Below, piece after piece: positions 1-8,035 of a stretch of 30,374 bases of DNA. Under the pieces are notes generated by a model. The model saw only the letters and a list, made by a program, of their open reading frames with translations, was not told the origin of the DNA and ran no database searches. The position numbers and the translations under genes are program-made. This stretch comes from a virus (taxonomy: Duplodnaviria > Heunggongvirae > Uroviricota > Caudoviricetes): the IMG/VR virus record IMGVR_UViG_3300009788_001732, positions 73,963 to 104,336 of that record; one strand, given 5' to 3'. The first letter of the stretch is position 1. Each line of letters starts with the position of its first letter.

Positions 1-39
1 TGACTCTCGCAACTCACTAATGAGTTGGTTGTCAATCAC
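1..39 (-). CDS. Start of a gene running off the left edge (MIDNQLISELRES...)
   Basis: GTG at 39 preceded by GAAAGG; open to the window edge; too short to identify. Confidence 0.35.
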   Translation of the reverse strand, partial: MIDNQLISELRES

Positions 40-145
40 TGGGTGCCTTTCGTGTAAGAGAGACCGGTAGCACGTGTTGGTGTTGAACGGCCAGTTCGTT
101 CAGTTACGTTTTGGCGGCTCGTGATACGTTTACTTGACCGATCTT

Positions 146-589
146 TTATTCTGGAAATTGCTGAGCTTCGTCGACTTCAACAGACGACAATGCTGTGTTG
201 AGTTCAATTTCAGAAGATCGAGTAACATCGTTGTCCGGCATATCAATAGCATCATCGAGCGTCAGATCAACAACATCATCGACCGAGCTTTTTCGCATAC
301 TGAATGGCCCCTCAGGCTGGGGTGTTTCGACTGGCGGGGCAGTATTGGTCGGCGGCTCAGGTTTAACAGTCTCGTCTTCGTAGACATAACCGCGCCCGAC
401 AGGTTTTCCTTGCATATCACAAGGAATGATTCTAATTTCGCATTCTTCAATAGGTGCCGGCAACTTAATCGAAGCTTCGGTAGCACCTGGTTGGACACCA
501 CCATTTCGATTCAGTTTGTCATTTTGGTAAACTTCAATTCGAGTTGGGCAGTCACTTACTGGGATTGGAATTGTGATTCGTTTGGTCAT
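146..589 (-). CDS. Hypothetical protein with beta-rich N-terminus, Pro/Thr linker and acidic tail
   Basis: Same strand as neighbours; GGGAGAAAG upstream of the ATG; PEPPTNTAPPVETPQP linker. Confidence 0.7.
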   Translation of the reverse strand: MTKRITIPIPVSDCPTRIEVYQNDKLNRNGGVQPGATEASIKLPAPIEECEIRIIPCDMQGKPVGRGYVYEDETVKPEPPTNTAPPVETPQPEGPFSMRKSSVDDVVDLTLDDAIDMPDNDVTRSSEIELNTALSSVEVDEAQQFPE

Positions 590-712
590 TAGCTTTCTCC
601 CGATCGCTCGGGCAGCCTCTACAGTCTAGTGAAGATTTCTTCGTGACCTTTGTTATGTCTCCGCGACCATTTGCGGGTTCAGGGCCTCGTTCTGTCAGCG
701 GGTTCTTACGTC

Positions 713-1015
713 TCACTGTTCCTCAGGCTCATCTATATCAGCGTGCCAAAAATCTTCCGGGCATCCTTCTGTTGGCCACGCCAACTTATTCTTTTCGTCT
801 TCAATTGTTGATACCCGTTTAATATGGCAACCGCATGAGTCGCATTCACCGTGTGTGTTGGGTTTATCTTTACTAGGCGTAAAAAATTCACACCTTTGAC
901 AATGATTGTCGAATATCTCAAAGATATAATCATCATCACGGAGGGGTTTGCCTGCGGCTTGCCATCTCCAATAAGCACGCGCGAAGTTCATACCCTTCTT
1001 GATGAAGCTCACCAT
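713..1015 (-). CDS. Cys-rich, probably metal-binding hypothetical protein
   Basis: CQRC, CDSCGC and GCP..FW motifs; packed directly after the upstream ORF. Confidence 0.75.
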   Translation of the reverse strand: MVSFIKKGMNFARAYWRWQAAGKPLRDDDYIFEIFDNHCQRCEFFTPSKDKPNTHGECDSCGCHIKRVSTIEDEKNKLAWPTEGCPEDFWHADIDEPEEQ

Positions 1016-1024
1016 ACTAAATGC

Positions 1025-1372
1025 TTAGAGGATGAGGAAGAGAACGATAATTAACAATAGTTTCAAGATTGGGACAATGTTTTCCAGAATCCAGTTCCAA
1101 ATCGATTCCCAATCAAAGTTAAAGTCAAACAAATCACGAAGCGGCCCGCCGTGAGAACGTCGATACATTCGATGAACACGCCGCCGCCATAATCTGTGTG
1201 CATGAACAAGTTGTGACTGACCCTGTTGATCGTTGTATACCACAGCAGGGCAAGCTACCAATTTATCGTAAACGGACACATCTTGTGCGGGAATGCGACC
1301 GGCTCTCTTCTCCTGTTGATATGCGCGTTCTACAACGTCGTGGAACACTCGGAGATTGTCGCTATTTTGCAT
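1025..1372 (-). CDS. Hypothetical protein with C-terminal amphipathic helix and membrane anchor
   Basis: Ends DWESIWNWILENIVPILKLLLIIVLFLIL; start overlaps the stop of the thioredoxin gene. Confidence 0.75.
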   Translation of the reverse strand: MQNSDNLRVFHDVVERAYQQEKRAGRIPAQDVSVYDKLVACPAVVYNDQQGQSQLVHAHRLWRRRVHRMYRRSHGGPLRDLFDFNFDWESIWNWILENIVPILKLLLIIVLFLIL

Positions 1373-2066
1373 TATGTGTTCCTTGAGTCTTCAGACCCTG
1401 TTGCTCTTGAGTCTTCAGATGTTTGGCGATCTTATTCGCCGAGGTCACACCGACAAACTTGGCCTTAGATTTGCCACCGTCCATAATAACTGTCGTGGGC
1501 ACCGCACGAAGTTTGAATTGTTCCCATACTTGTGGGTACGTGCTTGCTTCAACATAAAAGACGATATATCCGTCTGCTCGAAGTTTATCAACCACCGGAT
1601 ACATACGAGGACAATATTTACAATTCTTCGAGCCGAATACAACAGCATATGAATGTTTACAGTTGTCTGCTTTACACACCTGTGGCGGGCACCGGCAATT
1701 TTCTTGGCCACATTCACAATCATATTGCGTTATAATTTTCGCCCAAACAATCGGCGTCGTTTCTTTTCTTCGAGTTTCGCGATAGCTTCCTTTGATGGTT
1801 GATACTCTTGTTTCGATGTTATTGGGTCCGCTGGTATCTCTCCCGATTGCTCCATATCGTCTTGTACATCGGCCACAGCTTCCATGATTCCCATAAACTC
1901 CTTGAATGTTTTTATCCAATTTATGGTTTTGCCCATCCCGATCTTGATAATCAACCCGCGTAATAGGCGCTTCAGTTGATTCCAAAGTTGCAGCAGACGT
2001 AGTTTGTTCATGGCAGGGGCTCCAAACCATACTTACGCAAACAAGTGCAAGTAATAGGTTTCTCAT
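1362..2066 (-). CDS. Exported thioredoxin-domain protein with Cys-rich middle segment
   Basis: Signal-like MRNLLLALVCVS; thioredoxin pattern VVFGSKNCKYCPRM...FKLRAVPTTVIM (CxxC plus cis-Pro VPT); GGGAG RBS. Confidence 0.85.
   Translation of the reverse strand: MRNLLLALVCVSMVWSPCHEQTTSAATLESTEAPITRVDYQDRDGQNHKLDKNIQGVYGNHGSCGRCTRRYGAIGRDTSGPNNIETRVSTIKGSYRETRRKETTPIVWAKIITQYDCECGQENCRCPPQVCKADNCKHSYAVVFGSKNCKYCPRMYPVVDKLRADGYIVFYVEASTYPQVWEQFKLRAVPTTVIMDGGKSKAKFVGVTSANKIAKHLKTQEQQGLKTQGTHNAK
1730..2011 (-). CDS. Possible 93-aa protein nested in the +1 frame of the thioredoxin gene
   Basis: Own GGAG RBS 8 nt before the ATG; helical N-terminus, acidic middle, basic end KKRRRLFGRKL. Confidence 0.4.
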   Translation of the reverse strand: MNKLRLLQLWNQLKRLLRGLIIKIGMGKTINWIKTFKEFMGIMEAVADVQDDMEQSGEIPADPITSKQEYQPSKEAIAKLEEKKRRRLFGRKL

Positions 2067-2087
2067 TATTAATCTCCCTCGAAAGAT

Positions 2088-3095
2088 TTAGTACAATTCA
2101 TAATTGAGATACTGTTTCGGATAGCCAATATAGTTTGACATCGCAAAACTATCGTCTTGAGACAACATGCCGTCGATAGTGTCAGCGTCAACCCAAAACG
2201 AACCAGCCGGCTGGCCCAGCTTAGTCGGGCCACTAATCCAATTTGGACCCCAACTGTTAATGATAAGGCCGCCTGGACGACCACCTGTGTCATCCATACC
2301 AATCATTAACATACTGTGATACCAAGTGCCCGTCTTCTTTGCGAAACCTTCTGAGTCTCGCTTGGAACGAAAACCATAGTTTGAGCAAATTGAAACTGGA
2401 TACCCATTGTAAATGGCGTCCCGCGCTTCTTTCCACCTAGTAACTAAAGTAATCGTTTTGACCGGATGCTTCTTAGCAAGAGGTTCAAGTTCATCTGGGA
2501 CACCGCCACCCCAGGGAGTGCAGCGATGACATTTGTGTGCCCACTTACGTGATTTTGATCCACTGTAATTAGTGAAGTCGTATTTACCATCGAGGTAGGG
2601 CTGTCTCAAAAGGATGCCATAATCACGGCACCATCTGCCAGCCCAACTTCCATGCATACCGCTGCCTCTCATCTGACCGTTGCCTATTTCTACACGGCCG
2701 CCGGCATAAATAATTTCAGTCGCACACTTGGCTACCCATCGACCTTTGCCATGAGCAATCTGTATTGAGTCCAGAATATCAACTCCCAGACCCCAACTAT
2801 GTGCTACACAATCCCCCGTTGTTTGATCATGCGGAACTAGTTTCCCACCGATAGCTTTTTCAAAGAACTTCCACAGAAGTGCTTTTCTATTGGCCCCTGA
2901 GCCATCTAATTGCTTAGCTGCTTGAGCAAACATTGGTACACGCTGACTGGACTTGAAATTAGCGGTTTCCCGCCGATCTGGTATCCAACCTGCATAAATC
3001 GGTTTTTCTGTAGCCTGCGCCAATAATGTCTTGGGCGTGACTAGTCCTACAATGAGGGGTCCGCTAGCGGCTAAAAAATCCCTTCGACTCAGCAT
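2088..3095 (-). CDS. Tat-exported papain-like cysteine peptidase (C1A-like)
   Basis: Twin-arginine signal MLSRRDFL; catalytic motifs Q..GDC, YHSM, IINSWG. Confidence 0.9.
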   Translation of the reverse strand: MLSRRDFLAASGPLIVGLVTPKTLLAQATEKPIYAGWIPDRRETANFKSSQRVPMFAQAAKQLDGSGANRKALLWKFFEKAIGGKLVPHDQTTGDCVAHSWGLGVDILDSIQIAHGKGRWVAKCATEIIYAGGRVEIGNGQMRGSGMHGSWAGRWCRDYGILLRQPYLDGKYDFTNYSGSKSRKWAHKCHRCTPWGGGVPDELEPLAKKHPVKTITLVTRWKEARDAIYNGYPVSICSNYGFRSKRDSEGFAKKTGTWYHSMLMIGMDDTGGRPGGLIINSWGPNWISGPTKLGQPAGSFWVDADTIDGMLSQDDSFAMSNYIGYPKQYLNYELY

Positions 3096-3110
3096 GGGAA
3101 ATTCCTTTAG

Positions 3111-3851
3111 TTATTTAAGCGTCTCTGCATACTCCCTCAAGCCTTGCGCAACTTCTTTCCAAATTTGAGCATGATCTTTTACGTTGTTCAACTCTCCAAG
3201 TTTCGCCATTGCTTTCAATTCTTGCATTAACGAATCCAAGAAAGGTGTCCAGTTCTCAAGATTGCTGCCCAAGGCATCTCGATTTGACGTAGAAGCTGCC
3301 TGTACTAACTCTGCCGGCGTATTAAATGTATCTTGTTCAATAACGATCGCCACCGATGAAAATGACTGTGCTAACTTAATAGCATCGTCACGTTTATCAG
3401 GAGAATCTACGTCACCCGCCCAGTCTTTGACTTTCTCGACAATGTTTTTACCTGGTTCAGGAGGTGGTCCTGGTGCTTGCGACCCTGTAACTTTAATCTT
3501 GTGGACACCTATATCTGAATCATCATCTAATGCACACGAGATCATGAATGTATAGGTCAGATTCTTATTACCAGTCCCACAAATAATAAGTCTATCGTCA
3601 TTAAAGAATAGCAAAGCAGGGGGTATTGGCTCGACTGCATAATCAAAACCACCCCCCAGGCTTTCTGACAGATCAATGATGATCATGTCGCCTATCTTCA
3701 CTTTATCCGGGGCTCTAATGTTGACTTCAGCCCCACCTTCGCGAGGTGTTCCATCACTATAGACATGATCCTGATGGTTTGTGTTAATGATTATTGCAGC
3801 TAGGCAAATGCCTATTACAATTGTACTCATCCATAGGATGTGACGCTTCAT
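3111..3851 (-). CDS. Exported or membrane-anchored protein with beta-sandwich-like N-domain, Pro linker and helical C-domain
   Basis: N-terminal hydrophobic helix; APGPPPEPG linker; GAGGGAG RBS. Confidence 0.8.
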   Translation of the reverse strand: MKRHILWMSTIVIGICLAAIIINTNHQDHVYSDGTPREGGAEVNIRAPDKVKIGDMIIIDLSESLGGGFDYAVEPIPPALLFFNDDRLIICGTGNKNLTYTFMISCALDDDSDIGVHKIKVTGSQAPGPPPEPGKNIVEKVKDWAGDVDSPDKRDDAIKLAQSFSSVAIVIEQDTFNTPAELVQAASTSNRDALGSNLENWTPFLDSLMQELKAMAKLGELNNVKDHAQIWKEVAQGLREYAETLK

Positions 3852-3870
3852 GTCTAATCTCCCTCAGTGA

Positions 3871-3981
3871 TTATTTCTTAGGCTTTGATTTGCTTTCATT
3901 TTCTGGCTTACGAGTGCGGTCGCCTGGTCTTTCGATAGACTTTTTCATAGACTTTTTAATAGACTTAATGTGTTTTGGCAT
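3871..3981 (-). CDS. 36-aa Lys-rich peptide MPKHIKSIKKSMKKSIERPGDRTRKPENESKSKPKK
   Basis: Read manually; fills the gap in the operon; 12-nt tandem repeat encoding KSIK/KSMK/KSIE. Confidence 0.5.
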   Translation of the reverse strand: MPKHIKSIKKSMKKSIERPGDRTRKPENESKSKPKK

Positions 3982-4043
3982 CGTTATTTCTTTCGCACGT
4001 TTTCAAACGGTCTTTTGTCTTCGGCTCAGATATGTTTAGTGCA

Positions 4044-4391
4044 TCAAAAACATATTGCTGCCGATTGATCTTGTCCGCCCCACCGCTCACTATCTTCCGC
4101 AAAGCAGTTTTCGCACCTTTCTGAATAAAGTGCTTCTACTGGTGCTCCACATCTACAAAACTCGTTTGACCTTGGAAGCAAGCGTTGCTTAAACTTTCGA
4201 TTTTTACGACGTTTGATATTCGGCCGTATTTTATAACTAGGGCGACATGCGACGCCATTAAGTGGTACGCAGGCAAAAGCTTGTTGAAGCCGAGATTGCC
4301 AACATATAGGCGTACTTTTTGAGTTGTGTTTTCTGTTTTGAAGAAAATGATGAAGCGGAGCAACCCGGACGTTATTAGTGTTGTCAGGCAT
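4044..4391 (-). CDS. Basic hypothetical protein with C-terminal Zn-ribbon-like motif
   Basis: CRCG...RCENC; operon position. Confidence 0.55.
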   Translation of the reverse strand: MPDNTNNVRVAPLHHFLQNRKHNSKSTPICWQSRLQQAFACVPLNGVACRPSYKIRPNIKRRKNRKFKQRLLPRSNEFCRCGAPVEALYSERCENCFAEDSERWGGQDQSAAICF

Positions 4392-4398
4392 TCAGAGA

Positions 4399-4596
4399 TT
4401 ACTTAACCGTAACAGATTGCTTGGTGACGAGACGAAGGATGATATTCACGACACCGAGCACAGTCGCCGCGATACCCGCCATTTGTGGATTGTCTTGAAT
4501 GAGTTCACTTCCGCCGATTGCGGTAATAGCACCGGCAGCAGCAGTGACCAAGTTTATCCAAAAGGTCTTCGAGCTTGTAATAGGCTTGCTATTCAT
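4399..4596 (-). CDS. Holin-like two-TM membrane protein
   Basis: MNSKPITSSKTFWINL...VVNIILRLVTK pattern common in small phage membrane proteins; two hydrophobic helices; start chosen from GGGAGA RBS. Confidence 0.7.
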   Translation of the reverse strand: MNSKPITSSKTFWINLVTAAAGAITAIGGSELIQDNPQMAGIAATVLGVVNIILRLVTKQSVTVK

Positions 4597-4646
4597 GTCA
4601 TTCTCCCATGGTGTAGGCAAAAGGTCATCGTAAGGGTCGGCCATGA

Positions 4647-5192
4647 TTATTTCTTTTCCTCGGTATTATCGGCCTTAATGATAATGGACGCGATCGCGTC
4701 ACTCAACTCGCGCAAATCATCTTCCCAACCATCATATTTATCTTCAACCATCAAAGCCACAGCCTGAACAATCTCTTGTCCCCAAATGATAAGTGCTGGT
4801 TTCGCTAGAAGAAGGCCGGAGGCCGTTGCTAAGCGGTGAAGAGAGGCGGTGACTTTTTCCGCCTTCATAATGAGGTCTGTGACAGGACCAGAGTTGACAA
4901 GCATTGAAGCTTCATCTGTCATCAGCTTCGTTCGTGCAGCAATGGTCGCATTGAGAACCATCAAATTTTCTTTGAGAATCTTGATTTCATCAAGTTCGCC
5001 GCCTTCAACCGTAATGCGACGCTGAAACTGTTCGGCGAGATATGTATTCATTTCTTCACGAGCTGCGTTGCTTGCGCCTCCATGTACCGAACAATAGTCA
5101 CTTTTTTCACACGACTCATTCCAGCACTGCCCCCCACAGACTGCCGTCGCGCGGCAACGATCAGGGGCATCCCCGTCCTTGACTCGTCGCAT
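4647..5192 (-). CDS. HGG-motif Zn-finger plus helical protein, putative terminase small subunit
   Basis: C..TAVCGGQC...YCSVHGGAS; helical remainder; first gene of the leftward operon. Confidence 0.55.
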   Translation of the reverse strand: MRRVKDGDAPDRCRATAVCGGQCWNESCEKSDYCSVHGGASNAAREEMNTYLAEQFQRRITVEGGELDEIKILKENLMVLNATIAARTKLMTDEASMLVNSGPVTDLIMKAEKVTASLHRLATASGLLLAKPALIIWGQEIVQAVALMVEDKYDGWEDDLRELSDAIASIIIKADNTEEKK

Positions 5193-5255
5193 GCGATCCC
5201 TATGTCAACAAAATATTTGTCGTATTGACTATAGTATAACCTGAACAGACGTATT

Positions 5256-5471
5256 TTGGCGAAAAATCGTTATAATTGTGCTTTTTGCGAGAAGCTGACC
5301 AATACCGCGTGCCCGATTGGGTCAATTGGTGCCTGTAAGGAGCTGATTGACATCCTAAACCACCCGCCAGAAGACATATTGTCTCGGGCGAGAAAGAATG
5401 GCAACCGAAAATGGCTGTCTGGCAGTAGACGACCGAAAATGGCCGTCGACCCGACATGGTCGAGAATTTGA
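5256..5471 (+). CDS. Small Cys-containing hypothetical protein
   Basis: CAFC...C...C; first ORF of the plus block. Confidence 0.5.
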   Translation: MAKNRYNCAFCEKLTNTACPIGSIGACKELIDILNHPPEDILSRARKNGNRKWLSGSRRPKMAVDPTWSRI

Positions 5472-5496
5472 CATTCTGGCTGCTGTATGGTATGTT
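5468..5496 (+). promoter_or_regulatory. Sigma70-type promoter
   Basis: TTGACA-17 nt-TATGTT with TG extension, 16 nt before the GAGGT/ATG of the next gene. Confidence 0.75.
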
Positions 5497-5511
5497 GAAA
5501 TTGAGGTCATA

Positions 5512-5793
5512 ATGATACGACAATACAGAATCGTAACAAAAACGCCCGATTCCAAAGAGACGATGCTCCAGCCTGGCGTTCACGCTGCACTGTACAACAT
5601 CCCTGAAGTTCGTGACAGTATAGCGTTTCTTGAAACACAGCCCCACGTTGAAATGATTGGTATACGCCTCAATACTCGTTTCTATGGTATCGTTGTCATT
5701 CAAGCACCAGAGTTGCAAGAGCGCCATTTTCAGTTAAGAGATTTCAGTGGATTTGGGCCAGGGCCGGAGAGACACACATATGGTAAAGATTGA
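5512..5793 (+). CDS. Hypothetical protein
   Basis: Start reassigned from the track using the GAGGT RBS and upstream promoter. Confidence 0.65.
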   Translation: MIRQYRIVTKTPDSKETMLQPGVHAALYNIPEVRDSIAFLETQPHVEMIGIRLNTRFYGIVVIQAPELQERHFQLRDFSGFGPGPERHTYGKD

Positions 5794-5980
5794 TTGTACT
5801 GTGTGCAGCAAAGAATTTGATTCAAATGAACTCGATGCGAATGGAGTATGCGAACCTTGCAGTCCTGATGACTCATTTATGTACGGCTTCAGCGATGACG
5901 ATTTCAGAGACACTCCAGATGATGAAATAGACGACTGGGAAGGGGACGACTGGGAGGATGACGAATGGGAAGTGTCCTAA
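5780..5980 (+). CDS. Zn-finger protein with very acidic tail
   Basis: CTVC...CEPC then a D/E/W-rich tail; GGAGA RBS. Confidence 0.7.
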   Translation: MVKIDCTVCSKEFDSNELDANGVCEPCSPDDSFMYGFSDDDFRDTPDDEIDDWEGDDWEDDEWEVS

Positions 5981-6642
5981 AGCCGCGCGATCATATGAAC
6001 CTTGCCAATATGTGCAAGTCAAACTACGCCTTACATAACTGGTGGAGTGACTGGATCATTGAATCGACGGATCACCTTCATAAATTCAGTGTAGAAAACA
6101 TGGCTTTCTATTTTCTGCGAAGCCAGGGCGTTTTGTATCTTACCATTCGTGGATCAGATGACATTTGGGACTGGATGTATAATATTCGTGCCGGTTCACT
6201 TCTTACGAACGGCATTCACCAAGGTACCTACCTCCTCCATAAGAAAATCTGGCCCAAAGTCAGAGAGTTTGTTAATGATAATTGGTGTCCTCATGACTGC
6301 GATCAACTTGTTATAGGTGGTCATAGTATGGGTGGAATGGTCGCACTTACGATTCTCCGTGAGCTTATTGCCGTAGAAAACCGTCCTGTCCGAGCGACGG
6401 CAGTGTTTGGGACACCGTCGCCGTTTAGTCTCTTTCGCGGTAAACACGAAGCAAGCCAAGACTGGACAGCAAATCTGACCCGTTATGTCAACGGAAATGA
6501 CATCGTGCCACGCCTATTGAATTGGCGAGGTAATTACCCTGTCGGCAAGGAAGTTAAGATTGGTAAATCAGCGCGGTGGCGGTTCTTTAAAAGTTTTTCT
6601 GATCATAACATGGCCGAATATGTAAAAAGCATGTCGCGTTGA
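5965..6642 (+). CDS. Class 3 lipase (alpha/beta hydrolase)
   Basis: IRGSDD..DW..N lid region, nucleophile GHSMGG, NDIVP Asp, DHNM His. Confidence 0.9.
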   Translation: MGSVLKPRDHMNLANMCKSNYALHNWWSDWIIESTDHLHKFSVENMAFYFLRSQGVLYLTIRGSDDIWDWMYNIRAGSLLTNGIHQGTYLLHKKIWPKVREFVNDNWCPHDCDQLVIGGHSMGGMVALTILRELIAVENRPVRATAVFGTPSPFSLFRGKHEASQDWTANLTRYVNGNDIVPRLLNWRGNYPVGKEVKIGKSARWRFFKSFSDHNMAEYVKSMSR

Positions 6643-6713
6643 ATTATACAACTCACAAACTACCTTAGTCGCGTAGGGCGGCAGTTTATGTCCTTTGAAT
6701 CGGAGACCACACT

Positions 6714-7316
6714 ATGAAATTCGTCAAGACATTTGTCGCGGCGTTGTTGTTTTCATCGACAGCATTTGGACAACACCTTAACGAAGCAGAAGTTGTATCA
6801 GCTATTGCAGAAAAGTACGAGGCTCAAGTCGAAGTAAAACTGTGGGATAATACCCGCGTTGATCTTCTCAGTGCAACACACGCTTATGAAGTTGATTGGG
6901 CGTACAAATATGCTGAAGGTGTCGGACAAGCCTTGTACTATGGTTGTATTACAGAGCGAAGACCTGGGTTGATCTTGCTCGTCAAAGATTTAATGCAAGA
7001 ACAGCGATTCATCTATCGAGCACGCATTGCGTGCAACAAAGCTGCCGTTGATCTTTATGTAGAGCCTGTTAGACAGGCTGCTATGCAACAGCCCCCTGTT
7101 GATGACAAACCTCTCTACGTATACTTCGTCTATGACCCTGAAGACGACAGGTATTATAGAGCAGGCATGTTGGGTTTGTCAGGTTGGAGTAAGATAACTG
7201 AGGCTGACGTTTGGACTGTCAAAAAGACAGCCGAACGTACTCTCTCAAGTATGTACGGCAGCCGTGCAACTCGTTACGTGATCAAAACATTCATTTTGAT
7301 ACCATCAAACGAATGA
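6714..7316 (+). CDS. Exported protein with PD-(D/E)XK restriction-endonuclease-like motifs
   Basis: Signal peptide ending STAFG; E..L.D.TRVDLL...AYEVD...GQALYY (RVD, EVD, QxxxY). Confidence 0.65.
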   Translation: MKFVKTFVAALLFSSTAFGQHLNEAEVVSAIAEKYEAQVEVKLWDNTRVDLLSATHAYEVDWAYKYAEGVGQALYYGCITERRPGLILLVKDLMQEQRFIYRARIACNKAAVDLYVEPVRQAAMQQPPVDDKPLYVYFVYDPEDDRYYRAGMLGLSGWSKITEADVWTVKKTAERTLSSMYGSRATRYVIKTFILIPSNE

Positions 7317-7606
7317 TTACTGTCCACGATACTAAAAGCCTGTATTCCAAAGTCTTCGAGATCAAACATGGTCTCGAAAAACAAGTCGCTGTGACAGGGA
7401 CCGGTCGCGGTGAGTTCGTGATTATTGAAGGGCTTGCACAGATTCATAAAGCAGTCCATGAAATAGTGAAATTCGATATTGTGGATTCCGTAATTTGTGA
7501 TGATGGTTACTTCATGGTCACCGTTTCCAAACCAAAACGATGGGGAGAGATCGTCGGCGAGGTTCAACGACTTATTATCCGACATGCACCATCATGCGAG
7601 ACTTAA
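7313..7606 (+). CDS. Hypothetical protein, weak resemblance to Nfu/NifU N-terminal scaffold domain
   Basis: ATGA overlap with upstream stop; VDSV...YFMVTVSK...WGEI pattern. Confidence 0.55.
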   Translation: MITVHDTKSLYSKVFEIKHGLEKQVAVTGTGRGEFVIIEGLAQIHKAVHEIVKFDIVDSVICDDGYFMVTVSKPKRWGEIVGEVQRLIIRHAPSCET

Positions 7607-7675
7607 ATCTGGCCTTGGAGATGTGTCGGCGCTGAGGGCATCTGTTCTAACAGATATTGTGGAGTTATTGTTGTT

Positions 7676-8035
7676 ATGAATCAATCGTTAGATGGAGATG
7701 AAAGTGTTTTGAAAGCGTTGCTTAGTAAACAAGATGAGCAGATAGCTCTGCTTAAACTGCTTGTTCAAAAAAAGTATGAACAATCTCAAAGACTGTCTCA
7801 ATGGAAGAATAAGAACCCTGCGTTGGCTAAGCGCTGTCACGCGGCTGCTACAAAAGGCCAGGGACTCTTGGACCAAATGATTGATAAACTTGTGCAAATT
7901 CTTGAAGACACAGATGATGACCTTGATGACTATCAAAAACTGTTCGCAATAAGCGAATTCATAGATACACACGGGTACAAATTTCAACAATTTAGTATGA
8001 TACTTCAGACACTGGGCCAGTTAGGAAAAGCATGA
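7676..8035 (+). CDS. Helical hypothetical protein
   Basis: GGAG RBS; stop overlaps the next start. Confidence 0.75.
   Translation: MNQSLDGDESVLKALLSKQDEQIALLKLLVQKKYEQSQRLSQWKNKNPALAKRCHAAATKGQGLLDQMIDKLVQILEDTDDDLDDYQKLFAISEFIDTHGYKFQQFSMILQTLGQLGKA

Noticed and set aside
134-592. Plus-strand 152-aa ORF
   Set aside because: Antisense shadow of the minus-strand gene; no RBS, unnatural composition
1730-2066. Rz/Rz1 spanin pair
   Set aside because: No lipobox in the nested ORF, and the outer ORF is a thioredoxin rather than a coiled-coil i-spanin
4378-4767. Plus-strand 129-aa ORF
   Set aside because: Antisense to the holin-like and terS-like genes
5193-5255. Divergent promoter pair
   Set aside because: TTGACT, TATAAC and TATACT hexamers are present but I could not pair them at 16-18 nt spacing
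5200-5727. Minus-strand 175-aa ORF
   Set aside because: Overlaps plus-strand genes that have a clear promoter and RBS; no recognisable motif
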